From the NCBI GenBank assembly GCA_947584105.1, contig CANPWK010000001.1:1-35717 (forward strand): a stretch of DNA of 35,717 bases. Reading direction: 5' to 3'. Position 1 is the stretch's first letter, and the number at the start of each line of letters is the position of its first letter. The position numbers and the translations under genes were made by a program. Source of the stretch: an uncultured Bacilli bacterium. Its GTDB lineage: Bacteria; Bacillota_I; Bacilli_A; RF39; UBA660. Shown in pieces: positions 10,088 to 17,375 of this stretch. The notes below the pieces were generated by a model, which did not search any database, was not told where the DNA came from, and saw nothing but the letters and a program-made list of their open reading frames with translations.

Positions 10088-10933
10088 TCACTTCTTTTCT
10101 TTAATATGATATAAATTATATACTTCACTTTTTTTCATTCCACGTTCCTTTGCAACTATCTTAATTGCATCCATAACACTAATGCCGTCTTTTAAATAAA
10201 AATCAATATGTTCTTTTATATTCAAATTATTATATTTTTGAATATTCTTATTTCCCTCAATTACTATTACAAGCTCTCCTTTATAAGAATTATTTTCTTT
10301 AATTAATTCATCTATTGTTCCTCTATATATTTCCTCAAATTTTTTAGTTATTTCCCGGGAAATAGATATTTGCCTATTTCCCAAAATATTTCCCAAATCT
10401 ATTAATACCTTTTTTATTCTATGTGGTGTTTCATAAATTATTAAAGTTGCCTCTATATTTTTTAACATTTCTAATTCTTTTTTTCTTGCACTATCCTGTG
10501 ATTTTAAAAATCCATAATAATAAAATGGCATTGGACATATCCCAGATGATGTAAGTGCTGGAACCAAAGCGGTTGCTCCAGGAAGACTTATAACATTATA
10601 TCCATTTTCTATTGCAAATTTTGCAAGTACATATCCAGGATCACTTATTATAGGTGTACCTCTATCACTTACAAGTCCTACATTAAAACCTTTTTGAAAA
10701 TATTCTAATAATTTTTGTTTGTTTCTTGATTCATTATATTCATGTGAAGATATTAATTTCTTTTTTATATCATAATATTTAAGTAATTCTCCTGTTACTC
10801 TTGTATCTTCACAAAATATAACATCTACCTTTTTCAATGTATTTATTGCTCTAATAGTTATATCTTCCATGTTACCAATAGGTGTAGGTATCAAATATAA
10901 TGAAGGAGAGTTATCATAACTTTTTTGTGACAT
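10088..10933 (-). CDS. rsmI: 16S rRNA (cytidine1402-2'-O)-methyltransferase RsmI (YabC)
   Basis: Tetrapyrrole-methylase fold motifs LYLIPTPIGN, CEDTR and SDRGTPIISDPG. 281 aa. Confidence 0.93.
   Translation of the reverse strand: MSQKSYDNSPSLYLIPTPIGNMEDITIRAINTLKKVDVIFCEDTRVTGELLKYYDIKKKLISSHEYNESRNKQKLLEYFQKGFNVGLVSDRGTPIISDPGYVLAKFAIENGYNVISLPGATALVPALTSSGICPMPFYYYGFLKSQDSARKKELEMLKNIEATLIIYETPHRIKKVLIDLGNILGNRQISISREITKKFEEIYRGTIDELIKENNSYKGELVIVIEGNKNIQKYNNLNIKEHIDFYLKDGISVMDAIKIVAKERGMKKSEVYNLYHIKEKK
10349..10364. promoter_or_regulatory. Perfect Noc-binding-site (NBS) palindrome TATTTCCCGGGAAATA inside rsmI
   Basis: It contains the full 14-bp B. subtilis NBS consensus ATTTCCCGGGAAAT as I recall it. 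It is flanked by TATTTCCC half-sites at 10249, 10375 and 10387. Confidence 0.7.
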
Positions 10934-10937
10934 TCTA

Positions 10938-11327
10938 TCACCTTTTTAAATCATCACTACTAAATGGATGTGGACATAAAGAGGCAACTGTAAAGGTTTT
11001 TAAATCTCCTTTATTGTTATAACAATTAATTTTTGTATCTAAATCACATAATTCTGATATCATTTGCCTACAAACAAAGCAAGGAGTAGCTATATTTTTA
11101 GATGAGGTCATTATATTTATTTCTTTAATATCTCCTTTCTTATATCCACTTGTTATCATTGAAAAAAGTGCAACTCTTTCTGCACACGAACCGGCATGAT
11201 AACTTGCATCTTCTACATTGACTCCAGAAAATTCTTTATTATCCTTTGTAATAACTATTGCTGCAACAGGAAAATTAGAATATTTTGCATATGCATTTTT
11301 CATTAAATTTAATAATTTTTCTTTCAT
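10938..11327 (-). CDS. cdd: Cytidine deaminase
   Basis: Zn-ligand motifs CAERVA and PCFVCRQ. The ORF track starts at 11354, but AAAGGAG followed by ATG at 11327 (MKEKLLNL) is the more likely start. Confidence 0.88.
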   Translation of the reverse strand: MKEKLLNLMKNAYAKYSNFPVAAIVITKDNKEFSGVNVEDASYHAGSCAERVALFSMITSGYKKGDIKEINIMTSSKNIATPCFVCRQMISELCDLDTKINCYNNKGDLKTFTVASLCPHPFSSDDLKR

Positions 11328-11350
11328 AACTTTCTCCTTTTTATATGAAA

Positions 11351-12070
11351 TCATTCAAAATATTTCTTAATATCTAAAGTATATTCTCCATTTTCTAAAT
11401 GTGAATAAAGAGGAGGTAATATTTTTAATCCTGGTTTTCCATTTTTTACACCTTCAATAAGCATTATATTAGCACCCATATTTTTTTTAGGATAGACAAA
11501 CCTTACCCTCTTCGGTTCTATACTATTTTTTTTCATTAATTCAACTACTTCTACAAATCTTTCTGGTCTATTTACTATAGATATAACTCCATTATTCTTT
11601 AATAATTTTTTAGCAATAATAAATAATTGCTCTAAATTTAGTTTTATCTCATGACGTGCAATAGTTTTAAAATCTGTTTTATTTATATTAGATGTTTCTT
11701 TATATTTAAAAAACGGAGGATTTGATGTTATAACATCAAAAGTATCAGTTTCACATTCTTTATAATAATCATTTATGTCCTGATTGATTATTGTTATTTG
11801 ATTTTCTCGGTTATTAATTTTTATTGATTCTTTAGCTAAATTAAAGACATCTTTCTGAATTTCTACACCTATAATTTTAGCATCTGTTTTAGTCGAAAGT
11901 ATTAAAGGTATGACTCCATTACCACAACCTATATCAAGTATTTTACTTATTTTTTTATTAAGCGTTACAAAATTAGGTAATAATACCGAATCAAGTGAAA
12001 AACAAAACATTTCATTATCTTGATATATTTTAATATTTTTATAATTTAATAAATTATTTAATACTTTCAT
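11351..12070 (-). CDS. SAM-dependent N6-adenine methyltransferase, YabB / tRNA1(Val) m6A37 TrmN6-like
   Basis: SAM motif DIGCGNGVIPL and catalytic NPPFF. It occupies the yabB position between ricT and rsmI. Confidence 0.8.
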   Translation of the reverse strand: MKVLNNLLNYKNIKIYQDNEMFCFSLDSVLLPNFVTLNKKISKILDIGCGNGVIPLILSTKTDAKIIGVEIQKDVFNLAKESIKINNRENQITIINQDINDYYKECETDTFDVITSNPPFFKYKETSNINKTDFKTIARHEIKLNLEQLFIIAKKLLKNNGVISIVNRPERFVEVVELMKKNSIEPKRVRFVYPKKNMGANIMLIEGVKNGKPGLKILPPLYSHLENGEYTLDIKKYFE

Positions 12071-12845
12071 CTAATATACACTCAATAACTCTATTATCTT
12101 CTATTTCTACCCAATATTTTCTTTTTAATATATCAACATTTACTACTTTACCAGTTCCCTCTTCTGTTTTCACTGTTTTTCCTAAAGAAGGCATATTTTT
12201 GCGATATTTTTTATAACAATCATCTTCATACTTTAAACAACATAACAATCTTCCACATATTCCATTAATTTTATTTGGATTTAAAGCAATATTTTGATTT
12301 TTGGCCATATTTATTGATACTGAATTAAAGTCATTTAAAAATCTTTTACAGCATAACTCTTGTCCACATTGACCACATCCACCAATTTCTTTTGCTTTAT
12401 CCCTTACTCCAATTTGTCTTAATTCAATTCTTGTTTTATATATATTAGCCAACTCTTTAGCTAAATTTCTAAAATCAACTCTTTCATCTGAAGTAAATTT
12501 AAATATTAATTGCTTTCTATCAAAAGTATAAATTGAATTAATTAAATTCATGTTTAAATTATATTTTTTTATTAGTTCCCTACATTTTATAAAAGCTTGT
12601 TGGGAAATAATATTATTTTTTTTATGAATTTTTTTATCTTTATCATTTGCAATTCTAATTATTTTGCAAAGATTATTATTTACTTTAGATTTATTATATT
12701 TTTTTATAGCAATTATTTTTGCTAAAAATGTACCAATATTTGTTTCTATAATTAAAGAATCATTCAATTTGACTTTATAATTATTAATTTGAGCATAATA
12801 TTTAGTATCGTATAAATCTAATTTAAGTTCAGCTACTTTTATCAT
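12054..12845 (-). CDS. ricT: PSP1-domain protein RicT (YaaT, stage 0 sporulation/competence regulator)
   Basis: Cys clusters GGCGQCGQELCCKRF and GICGRLLCCLKYE typical of YaaT/PSP1. It lies directly downstream of holB. Confidence 0.9.
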   Translation of the reverse strand: MIKVAELKLDLYDTKYYAQINNYKVKLNDSLIIETNIGTFLAKIIAIKKYNKSKVNNNLCKIIRIANDKDKKIHKKNNIISQQAFIKCRELIKKYNLNMNLINSIYTFDRKQLIFKFTSDERVDFRNLAKELANIYKTRIELRQIGVRDKAKEIGGCGQCGQELCCKRFLNDFNSVSINMAKNQNIALNPNKINGICGRLLCCLKYEDDCYKKYRKNMPSLGKTVKTEEGTGKVVNVDILKRKYWVEIEDNRVIECILDESIK

Positions 12846-12847
12846 AT

Positions 12848-13747
12848 TTACACCTTCTTTAATGATATTATTAATTTATCAGTTAATAAATTAATATTAA
12901 CATTATTCTTTATAATATTTTTTAAATAAATAATTAAATCTATTTTTTTTAATAATTTATTTATATTATTGATATTTATTATCTCTTTAACATAAATATC
13001 ATAATCTCTAAATAAATTTAATTGCTTATATAACATAAAATTTAGAACATCTTTATAATACAATAAAATAATGTTGAATGCAACTTCATAATCTTTACGC
13101 TCATTTAAATAATTATGAAATAAAGTATTTGTATAAAGTATTGTTTCTAATCCATTTTTTTCAAAATAATTTATAAATTTAATACACATTAATAAAATAT
13201 TTTCATCATACATCTCATTTATATTATTATCTAGAAAATCATTTTTTTTATTTAAACTAACAATTTGACATCTAGATAATATAGTGTCAATAATCTTATT
13301 TCTATTTTCTGTAACTAATATTGCAATTATTCCTTCTTCTGGTTCCTCTATAAATTTTAATAAAGTATTTGCAAGGGATTCTTTTATTTTATCAGCATCA
13401 TTGATTATATATATTTTTTTATGGCCAATTATAGGTTTAAATTTAAAAATGTTTTGTAAAGATTCTATTTTTTCTTTTTTTATCCATATTTCATCTGTAT
13501 CAATTATATCAAGTTCTATAAAATTATTATCATCAATAGTTTTACATTGCTTACAATTTCCACATTTACTACTATTAGTATATAAGTTTGGGCACAATAA
13601 AGCCTTTGCAAAAGATATCGCAAAGTTAATTCCATCTTTATTACCATTTGTTTCTATCAAATAAGCATGTGATATTTTGTCATTATTAATAGCATTTTTA
13701 ACAATGCTATATGCTACTTTTTGATTTTCAATATAACTATCTAACAT
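12848..13747 (-). CDS. holB: DNA polymerase III delta' subunit
   Basis: ISHAYLI, Zn module CPNLYTNSSKCGNCKQC, and the SRCQ sensor motif. 299 aa. Confidence 0.88.
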   Translation of the reverse strand: MLDSYIENQKVAYSIVKNAINNDKISHAYLIETNGNKDGINFAISFAKALLCPNLYTNSSKCGNCKQCKTIDDNNFIELDIIDTDEIWIKKEKIESLQNIFKFKPIIGHKKIYIINDADKIKESLANTLLKFIEEPEEGIIAILVTENRNKIIDTILSRCQIVSLNKKNDFLDNNINEMYDENILLMCIKFINYFEKNGLETILYTNTLFHNYLNERKDYEVAFNIILLYYKDVLNFMLYKQLNLFRDYDIYVKEIININNINKLLKKIDLIIYLKNIIKNNVNINLLTDKLIISLKKV

Positions 13748-13763
13748 AATTTAACTATGAATA

Positions 13764-13961
13764 TTAAAATACAATTAAATAAACTAAAATAAAACTCATT
13801 AGTGCTGGAATTCCAAAAATCGTCAAAGCACCTATTGTAATAATATTGATTGGTATCATTAAATTTAAAGGATTAACGATCATATTATATCCATATAACA
13901 AAAAAGAACTGAAAATAATTCTTTTCAACAATACTAGAAATTTTTTTAGCATATATTTCAC
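13764..13961 (-). CDS. bofA: Pro-sigma-K processing inhibitor BofA
   Basis: 65-aa two-TM protein. The C-terminal IPINIITIGALTIFGIPALMSFIL resembles B. subtilis BofA (VPINLVTTAISGILGIPGIAAL). It sits downstream of recR, as in Bacillus. Confidence 0.8.
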   Translation of the reverse strand: MKYMLKKFLVLLKRIIFSSFLLYGYNMIVNPLNLMIPINIITIGALTIFGIPALMSFILVYLIVF

Positions 13962-13999
13962 CTATAAAAAAATATGCTTTTATTTTAAAATAATTACTG

Positions 14000-14599
14000 T
14001 TAATTTATTATTTTTCTATTTTCCATTGCCATTTCTAAGGTCAAAGAATCAACATAATCAATTTCTGCTCCAATAGGTATACCTAATGCTATTCTTGAAA
14101 TAACTAAATCATTCTTTTTTAACAACTTAGATATATATAAAGCAGTAGTTTCTCCTTCAACAGTAGGTTTAATAGCTATTATAACCTCTTTAACATTATT
14201 TCCCATAATAATATTATTTATTCCCTCTATATCAAAACTAGAAGGATCGTATCCATTTGATGGGGAAATTAAATTAGGTAAAACATAATAATATCCATCA
14301 TATATTCGATTTTTTTCTATTTGAATAATATCTTTTGGATTTTCTACAATACATAAAATATTTTTATTTCTATTCTTATCATTACATATTTCACATATAT
14401 CATTTTCTGTGTAATTATTACAAATAGAACATCTTTTTATTTTTGTTTTTATATTTTCTAACGATTCTCTTAGTAAATTAATAACTTCATCATTTAAATT
14501 TAATGTAGCTAATGCCAACCTTTCTGCTGATTTTTCACCTATTGTTGGGAATTTTTTAAAACACTCAATTAAATTTTGGATTGTTTCAGGATATTTCAT
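14000..14599 (-). CDS. recR: Recombination protein RecR
   Basis: HhH N-terminus (FPTIGEKSAERLA), C4 zinc finger CSICNNYTENDICEICND, and a Toprim segment. Confidence 0.96.
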   Translation of the reverse strand: MKYPETIQNLIECFKKFPTIGEKSAERLALATLNLNDEVINLLRESLENIKTKIKRCSICNNYTENDICEICNDKNRNKNILCIVENPKDIIQIEKNRIYDGYYYVLPNLISPSNGYDPSSFDIEGINNIIMGNNVKEVIIAIKPTVEGETTALYISKLLKKNDLVISRIALGIPIGAEIDYVDSLTLEMAMENRKIIN

Positions 14600-14895
14600 T
14601 AAAATAATCCTGGCATACCATTAGTATATGGTCCCATTTTCTCTTCTATAATTTTATCTACTTTATCCATTGCCTCATTGATTGCAATAGTAACCATATC
14701 TCCAAGCATTTCTATATCATCTTTATCCAAATCACTAGATTTTATTGTAACAGATAAAACTTTTTTTGTTCCATCCACTATAACACTAACCAATGAAGAA
14801 TTTCCTTCAAATTTCATATTATTAATTTCATTTTGAGTTTTTTCCATTTCACTTTTTAATTTTTGAGCTTGTTTTAGCATTGCTTGCATATTCAT
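14599..14895 (-). CDS. ybaB: Nucleoid-associated protein YbaB/EbfC (YaaK)
   Basis: MQAMLKQAQKLKSEMEK ... GMPGLF. The ORF track starts at 14916, but AGGAGGAA followed by ATG at 14895 (MNMQAML) is more likely, which removes the overlap with dnaX. Confidence 0.92.
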   Translation of the reverse strand: MNMQAMLKQAQKLKSEMEKTQNEINNMKFEGNSSLVSVIVDGTKKVLSVTIKSSDLDKDDIEMLGDMVTIAINEAMDKVDKIIEEKMGPYTNGMPGLF

Positions 14896-14908
14896 ATATT
14901 CATTCCTC

Positions 14909-16576
14909 CTATTCATATTGTACTATTTCACTAAATAAATTGTCAATATCATTATTCTTTATTTTACTTTCTTCTTTTTTTAAAAATTTCAATAATTCAG
15001 GATTTTCTTCAATAAATTGATATTTATTATTTCCATTTTTTAAGCTTTCATTAAAATCTTTTTTATAAATATTCCATTCGTTATTATCTATTGCAATTAA
15101 CTTAAAATCTTGATGATATTGATTCACAAATAATTTTTCAATTTTTTCTAATTCACTATTAAATATTAAGGACATTTGATTATTTTCATAAACAAAAACC
15201 AAATATTCATTGCCTTTTATTTTTAAACTACCATCAAGAATTAAAGATACATATTTGCTATAATCTGGATTCATCAACAACGAATTAATTGTTTCTAATT
15301 TTGTATTAAATTCATTTAAATCTTTTTTATTAAAATTTGCTAATGCATTATTAACTCTTATTTTTTTTAATTTATCTAATTTCTTTATATCTATATTATT
15401 TATATTATCAACTTTTTCAACATTTTTAGATTTATTTTCTTTAATAAGTAAATCATTATTTTTCTTTTTAATATTATCTAAATTATTATTTTGGGAAATA
15501 TTTTGATTAATATTAAATATTTTTATGATGGCCAATTCTGCTAACAAAAGTTTATTATTTTCATATTTCATATTATTAGAATATTCTAATAATATTTTAA
15601 TATATTCATATATGTTTTTTTCATTAACAAGATTAGCTAAATGTTTATATTCATTTAGCAAATTATCGTCCTTAAAATAATTACTAACATTAATATATAT
15701 TAATAAATCTTTTAAATATTCAATTATATTATTAAATAATATTAATAGATTTTTTCCATCTCTATCAAATTTATCTATTAAATTAAGTGTTATGTCAATT
15801 TTACTTTGAAAAAGAGATTGAATCAATTCATACATTTGTTCGCGTGAAATATTTCCACATATTTCATTAATATCATTTATTGTAATATTATTATTTGAAT
15901 ATGCTGCTACTTGATCTAATAAATTAACAGCATCTCTCATTCCTCCATTAGAATATTTTGAAATCAAATATAATGCCTCATCATTAATGCTTATATTTTC
16001 TTTACTACAAATTTTTTTTAACCCTATAACAATATCATCATTAGATATTTTTTTAAATTCAAATTTCTGACATCTAGATTTAATAGTTTCTGGTACTTTA
16101 TGAATTTCTGTTGTTGCTAAAATAAAAACAACATGTTTAGGTGGTTCCTCTAATGTTTTTAATAAGGCATTAAATGCTGATATAGTTAACATATGTACCT
16201 CATCAATTATATATACCTTGTATTTACTTTCGCTTGGTACTAAATTAACACTATTTTTTAATTCTCTTATTTCTTCTACTCCATTATTAGATGCAGCATC
16301 TATTTCTATAATATCAATATTTTTTTTGTTATTAATATTAATACAACTATTATAATTATCGCAAGGGCAATAATCAACTAACTTTTCACAATTAATAGTC
16401 TTAGCTAAAACTTTAGCAATTGTTGTTTTTCCTGTCCCGCGTGGTCCAGAAAATAAATAAGCATGTGAAATTTGATTGTTTAAAATTGCATTTTTTAAAG
16501 TTGTGACAATAACTTTTTGCCCTACTACTTCATCAAAATTGGATGGTCTATATTTTCTATATAATGCTTGATACAT
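14909..16576 (-). CDS. dnaX: DNA polymerase III tau/gamma subunit DnaX
   Basis: ALYRKYRP, Walker A GPRGTGKTT, DEVHML and SRCQKFEF. The C-terminal half is Asn/Lys-rich and low complexity. Confidence 0.96.
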   Translation of the reverse strand: MYQALYRKYRPSNFDEVVGQKVIVTTLKNAILNNQISHAYLFSGPRGTGKTTIAKVLAKTINCEKLVDYCPCDNYNSCININNKKNIDIIEIDAASNNGVEEIRELKNSVNLVPSESKYKVYIIDEVHMLTISAFNALLKTLEEPPKHVVFILATTEIHKVPETIKSRCQKFEFKKISNDDIVIGLKKICSKENISINDEALYLISKYSNGGMRDAVNLLDQVAAYSNNNITINDINEICGNISREQMYELIQSLFQSKIDITLNLIDKFDRDGKNLLILFNNIIEYLKDLLIYINVSNYFKDDNLLNEYKHLANLVNEKNIYEYIKILLEYSNNMKYENNKLLLAELAIIKIFNINQNISQNNNLDNIKKKNNDLLIKENKSKNVEKVDNINNIDIKKLDKLKKIRVNNALANFNKKDLNEFNTKLETINSLLMNPDYSKYVSLILDGSLKIKGNEYLVFVYENNQMSLIFNSELEKIEKLFVNQYHQDFKLIAIDNNEWNIYKKDFNESLKNGNNKYQFIEENPELLKFLKKEESKIKNNDIDNLFSEIVQYE

Positions 16577-16592
16577 TTTTTACCTCCTAATA

Positions 16593-16608
16593 TGTTTCAC
16601 GTGAAACA
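16593..16608. promoter_or_regulatory. parS: parS site 1 (perfect TGTTTCACGTGAAACA)
   Basis: Exact 16-bp palindrome matching the Firmicute parS consensus TGTTNCACGTGAAACA. It lies 4 nt from the GGAGG of dnaX. Confidence 0.85.
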
Positions 16609-16639
16609 TTATAAATAATATAATATAATTTAATAACAA

Positions 16640-16655
16640 TGTTTCACGTGGAACA
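16640..16655. promoter_or_regulatory. parS: parS site 2 (TGTTTCACGTGGAACA)
   Basis: The reverse complement TGTTCCACGTGAAACA equals the classical B. subtilis spo0J-internal parS as I recall it. Extended flanks are AACAATG...CATTGTT. Confidence 0.85.
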
Positions 16656-16671
16656 TTGTTTTATTTTTTTG

Positions 16672-17118
16672 TTATGATGTTTCACGTGAAACATTTGATT
16701 TTTTTCTTTTTACTTTAAAAAATTTTTTTAACAAATCAACCATTTCATTGTCATAATTACATTTTTCAACTTTTATTTTACTATTAATTAATAAATATGT
16801 ACATCCATAGTTATCATTATTTACTAAATAAATTATTTTTTTTATTCTTGATTGAATTAATGCTCCACAACACATCATGCATGGTTCCATAGTTGTATAT
16901 AAAATACAATTATCTAAATGCCAGGTATGTTTTTTTTTGCAAGCTTTATTAATTGCTATAATTTCTGCATGTAAAATAGCATTATTTTTTTTATTTTTTT
17001 GATTATAAGCTTTTGAAATAATTTTATTATTTTCTACAATTACAGCTCCAACTGGAATATCATTTTTTTTATAAGCTTTTTTAGCTTGCAAAATAGCTTC
17101 TTTCATATAAAAATTCAT
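16672..17118 (-). CDS. tadA: tRNA adenosine(34) deaminase TadA
   Basis: CDA-fold motifs HAEIIAI and EPCMMCCGA. 148 aa. The last 8 codons run through a parS palindrome. Confidence 0.93.
   Translation of the reverse strand: MNFYMKEAILQAKKAYKKNDIPVGAVIVENNKIISKAYNQKNKKNNAILHAEIIAINKACKKKHTWHLDNCILYTTMEPCMMCCGALIQSRIKKIIYLVNNDNYGCTYLLINSKIKVEKCNYDNEMVDLLKKFFKVKRKKSNVSRETS
16678..16693. promoter_or_regulatory. parS: parS site 3 (perfect), inside the last codons of tadA
   Basis: Exact TGTTTCACGTGAAACA. It encodes the ..NVSRETS* tail of the tadA ORF. Confidence 0.85.
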
Positions 17119-17129
17119 TGTACCTCCAA

Positions 17130-17145
17130 TGTTTCACGTGAAACA
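17130..17145. promoter_or_regulatory. parS: parS site 4 (perfect), between the SRP RNA 3' end and the tadA SD
   Basis: Exact TGTTTCACGTGAAACA. Its 18-bp form ends 1 nt from the GGAGG of tadA. Confidence 0.85.
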
Positions 17146-17148
17146 TAT

Positions 17149-17226
17149 AAAAAAAGCACACACATTTAGGGATTCTTAAGGCTGCTATTTTCCAATTCTG
17201 ACCTGATTCAAATATAAATGTTGTGC
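17149..17226 (-). ncRNA. ffs: Small (4.5S-type, ~78 nt) signal recognition particle RNA
   Basis: The minus-strand RNA is GCACAACAUUUAUAUUUGAAUCAGGUCAGAAUUGGAAAAUAGCAGCCUUAAGAAUCCCUAAAUGUGUGUGC followed by U7. The segment UCAGAAUU-GGAA-AAUAGCAGCC aligns with E. coli 4.5S domain IV (UCAGGUCC-GGAA-GGAAGCAGCC), with compensatory CC/GG to UU/AA changes around the GGAA tetraloop. The termini pair (GCACA.../...UGUGC). It lies next to tadA/dnaX, as scr does in Bacillus. Confidence 0.85.
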
Positions 17227-17232
17227 ATTAAT

Positions 17233-17261
17233 AATATACTATAATACTAAATATAATGCAA
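17233..17261 (-). promoter_or_regulatory. Putative sigma-A promoter of the SRP RNA gene
   Basis: On the minus strand, TTGCAT-17 nt-TATATT. The G at 17226 lies 7 nt downstream of the -10. Confidence 0.5.
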
Positions 17262-17266
17262 CTAAA

Positions 17267-17312
17267 TTTTATTTTTATTAATGTTTCACGTGAAACATTA
17301 ATAAAAATAAAA
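17267..17312. repeat. parS: 46-bp perfect palindrome centred on parS site 5 (core 17282..17297); probable gyrA terminator hairpin
   Basis: TTTTATTTTTATTAATGTTTCAC|GTGAAACATTAATAAAAATAAAA. Both 23-nt arms are exactly complementary, checked by hand. Confidence 0.85.
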
Positions 17313-17334
17313 ATCTCAACACATAAAATAACAA

Positions 17335-17350
17335 TGTTTCATGTGGAACA
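17335..17350. promoter_or_regulatory. parS: parS site 6 (variant TGTTTCATGTGGAACA)
   Basis: Differs from site 2 at one position in the 16-bp core and shares its extended flanks (TAACAATG...CATTGTTA). Confidence 0.7.
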
Positions 17351-17375
17351 TTGTTATTAAATTAAATTATATTAT

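Noticed and set aside
13284-13664. 126-aa plus-strand ORF inside holB
   Set aside because: It is antisense to a conserved gene, with no SD and no recognisable motifs.
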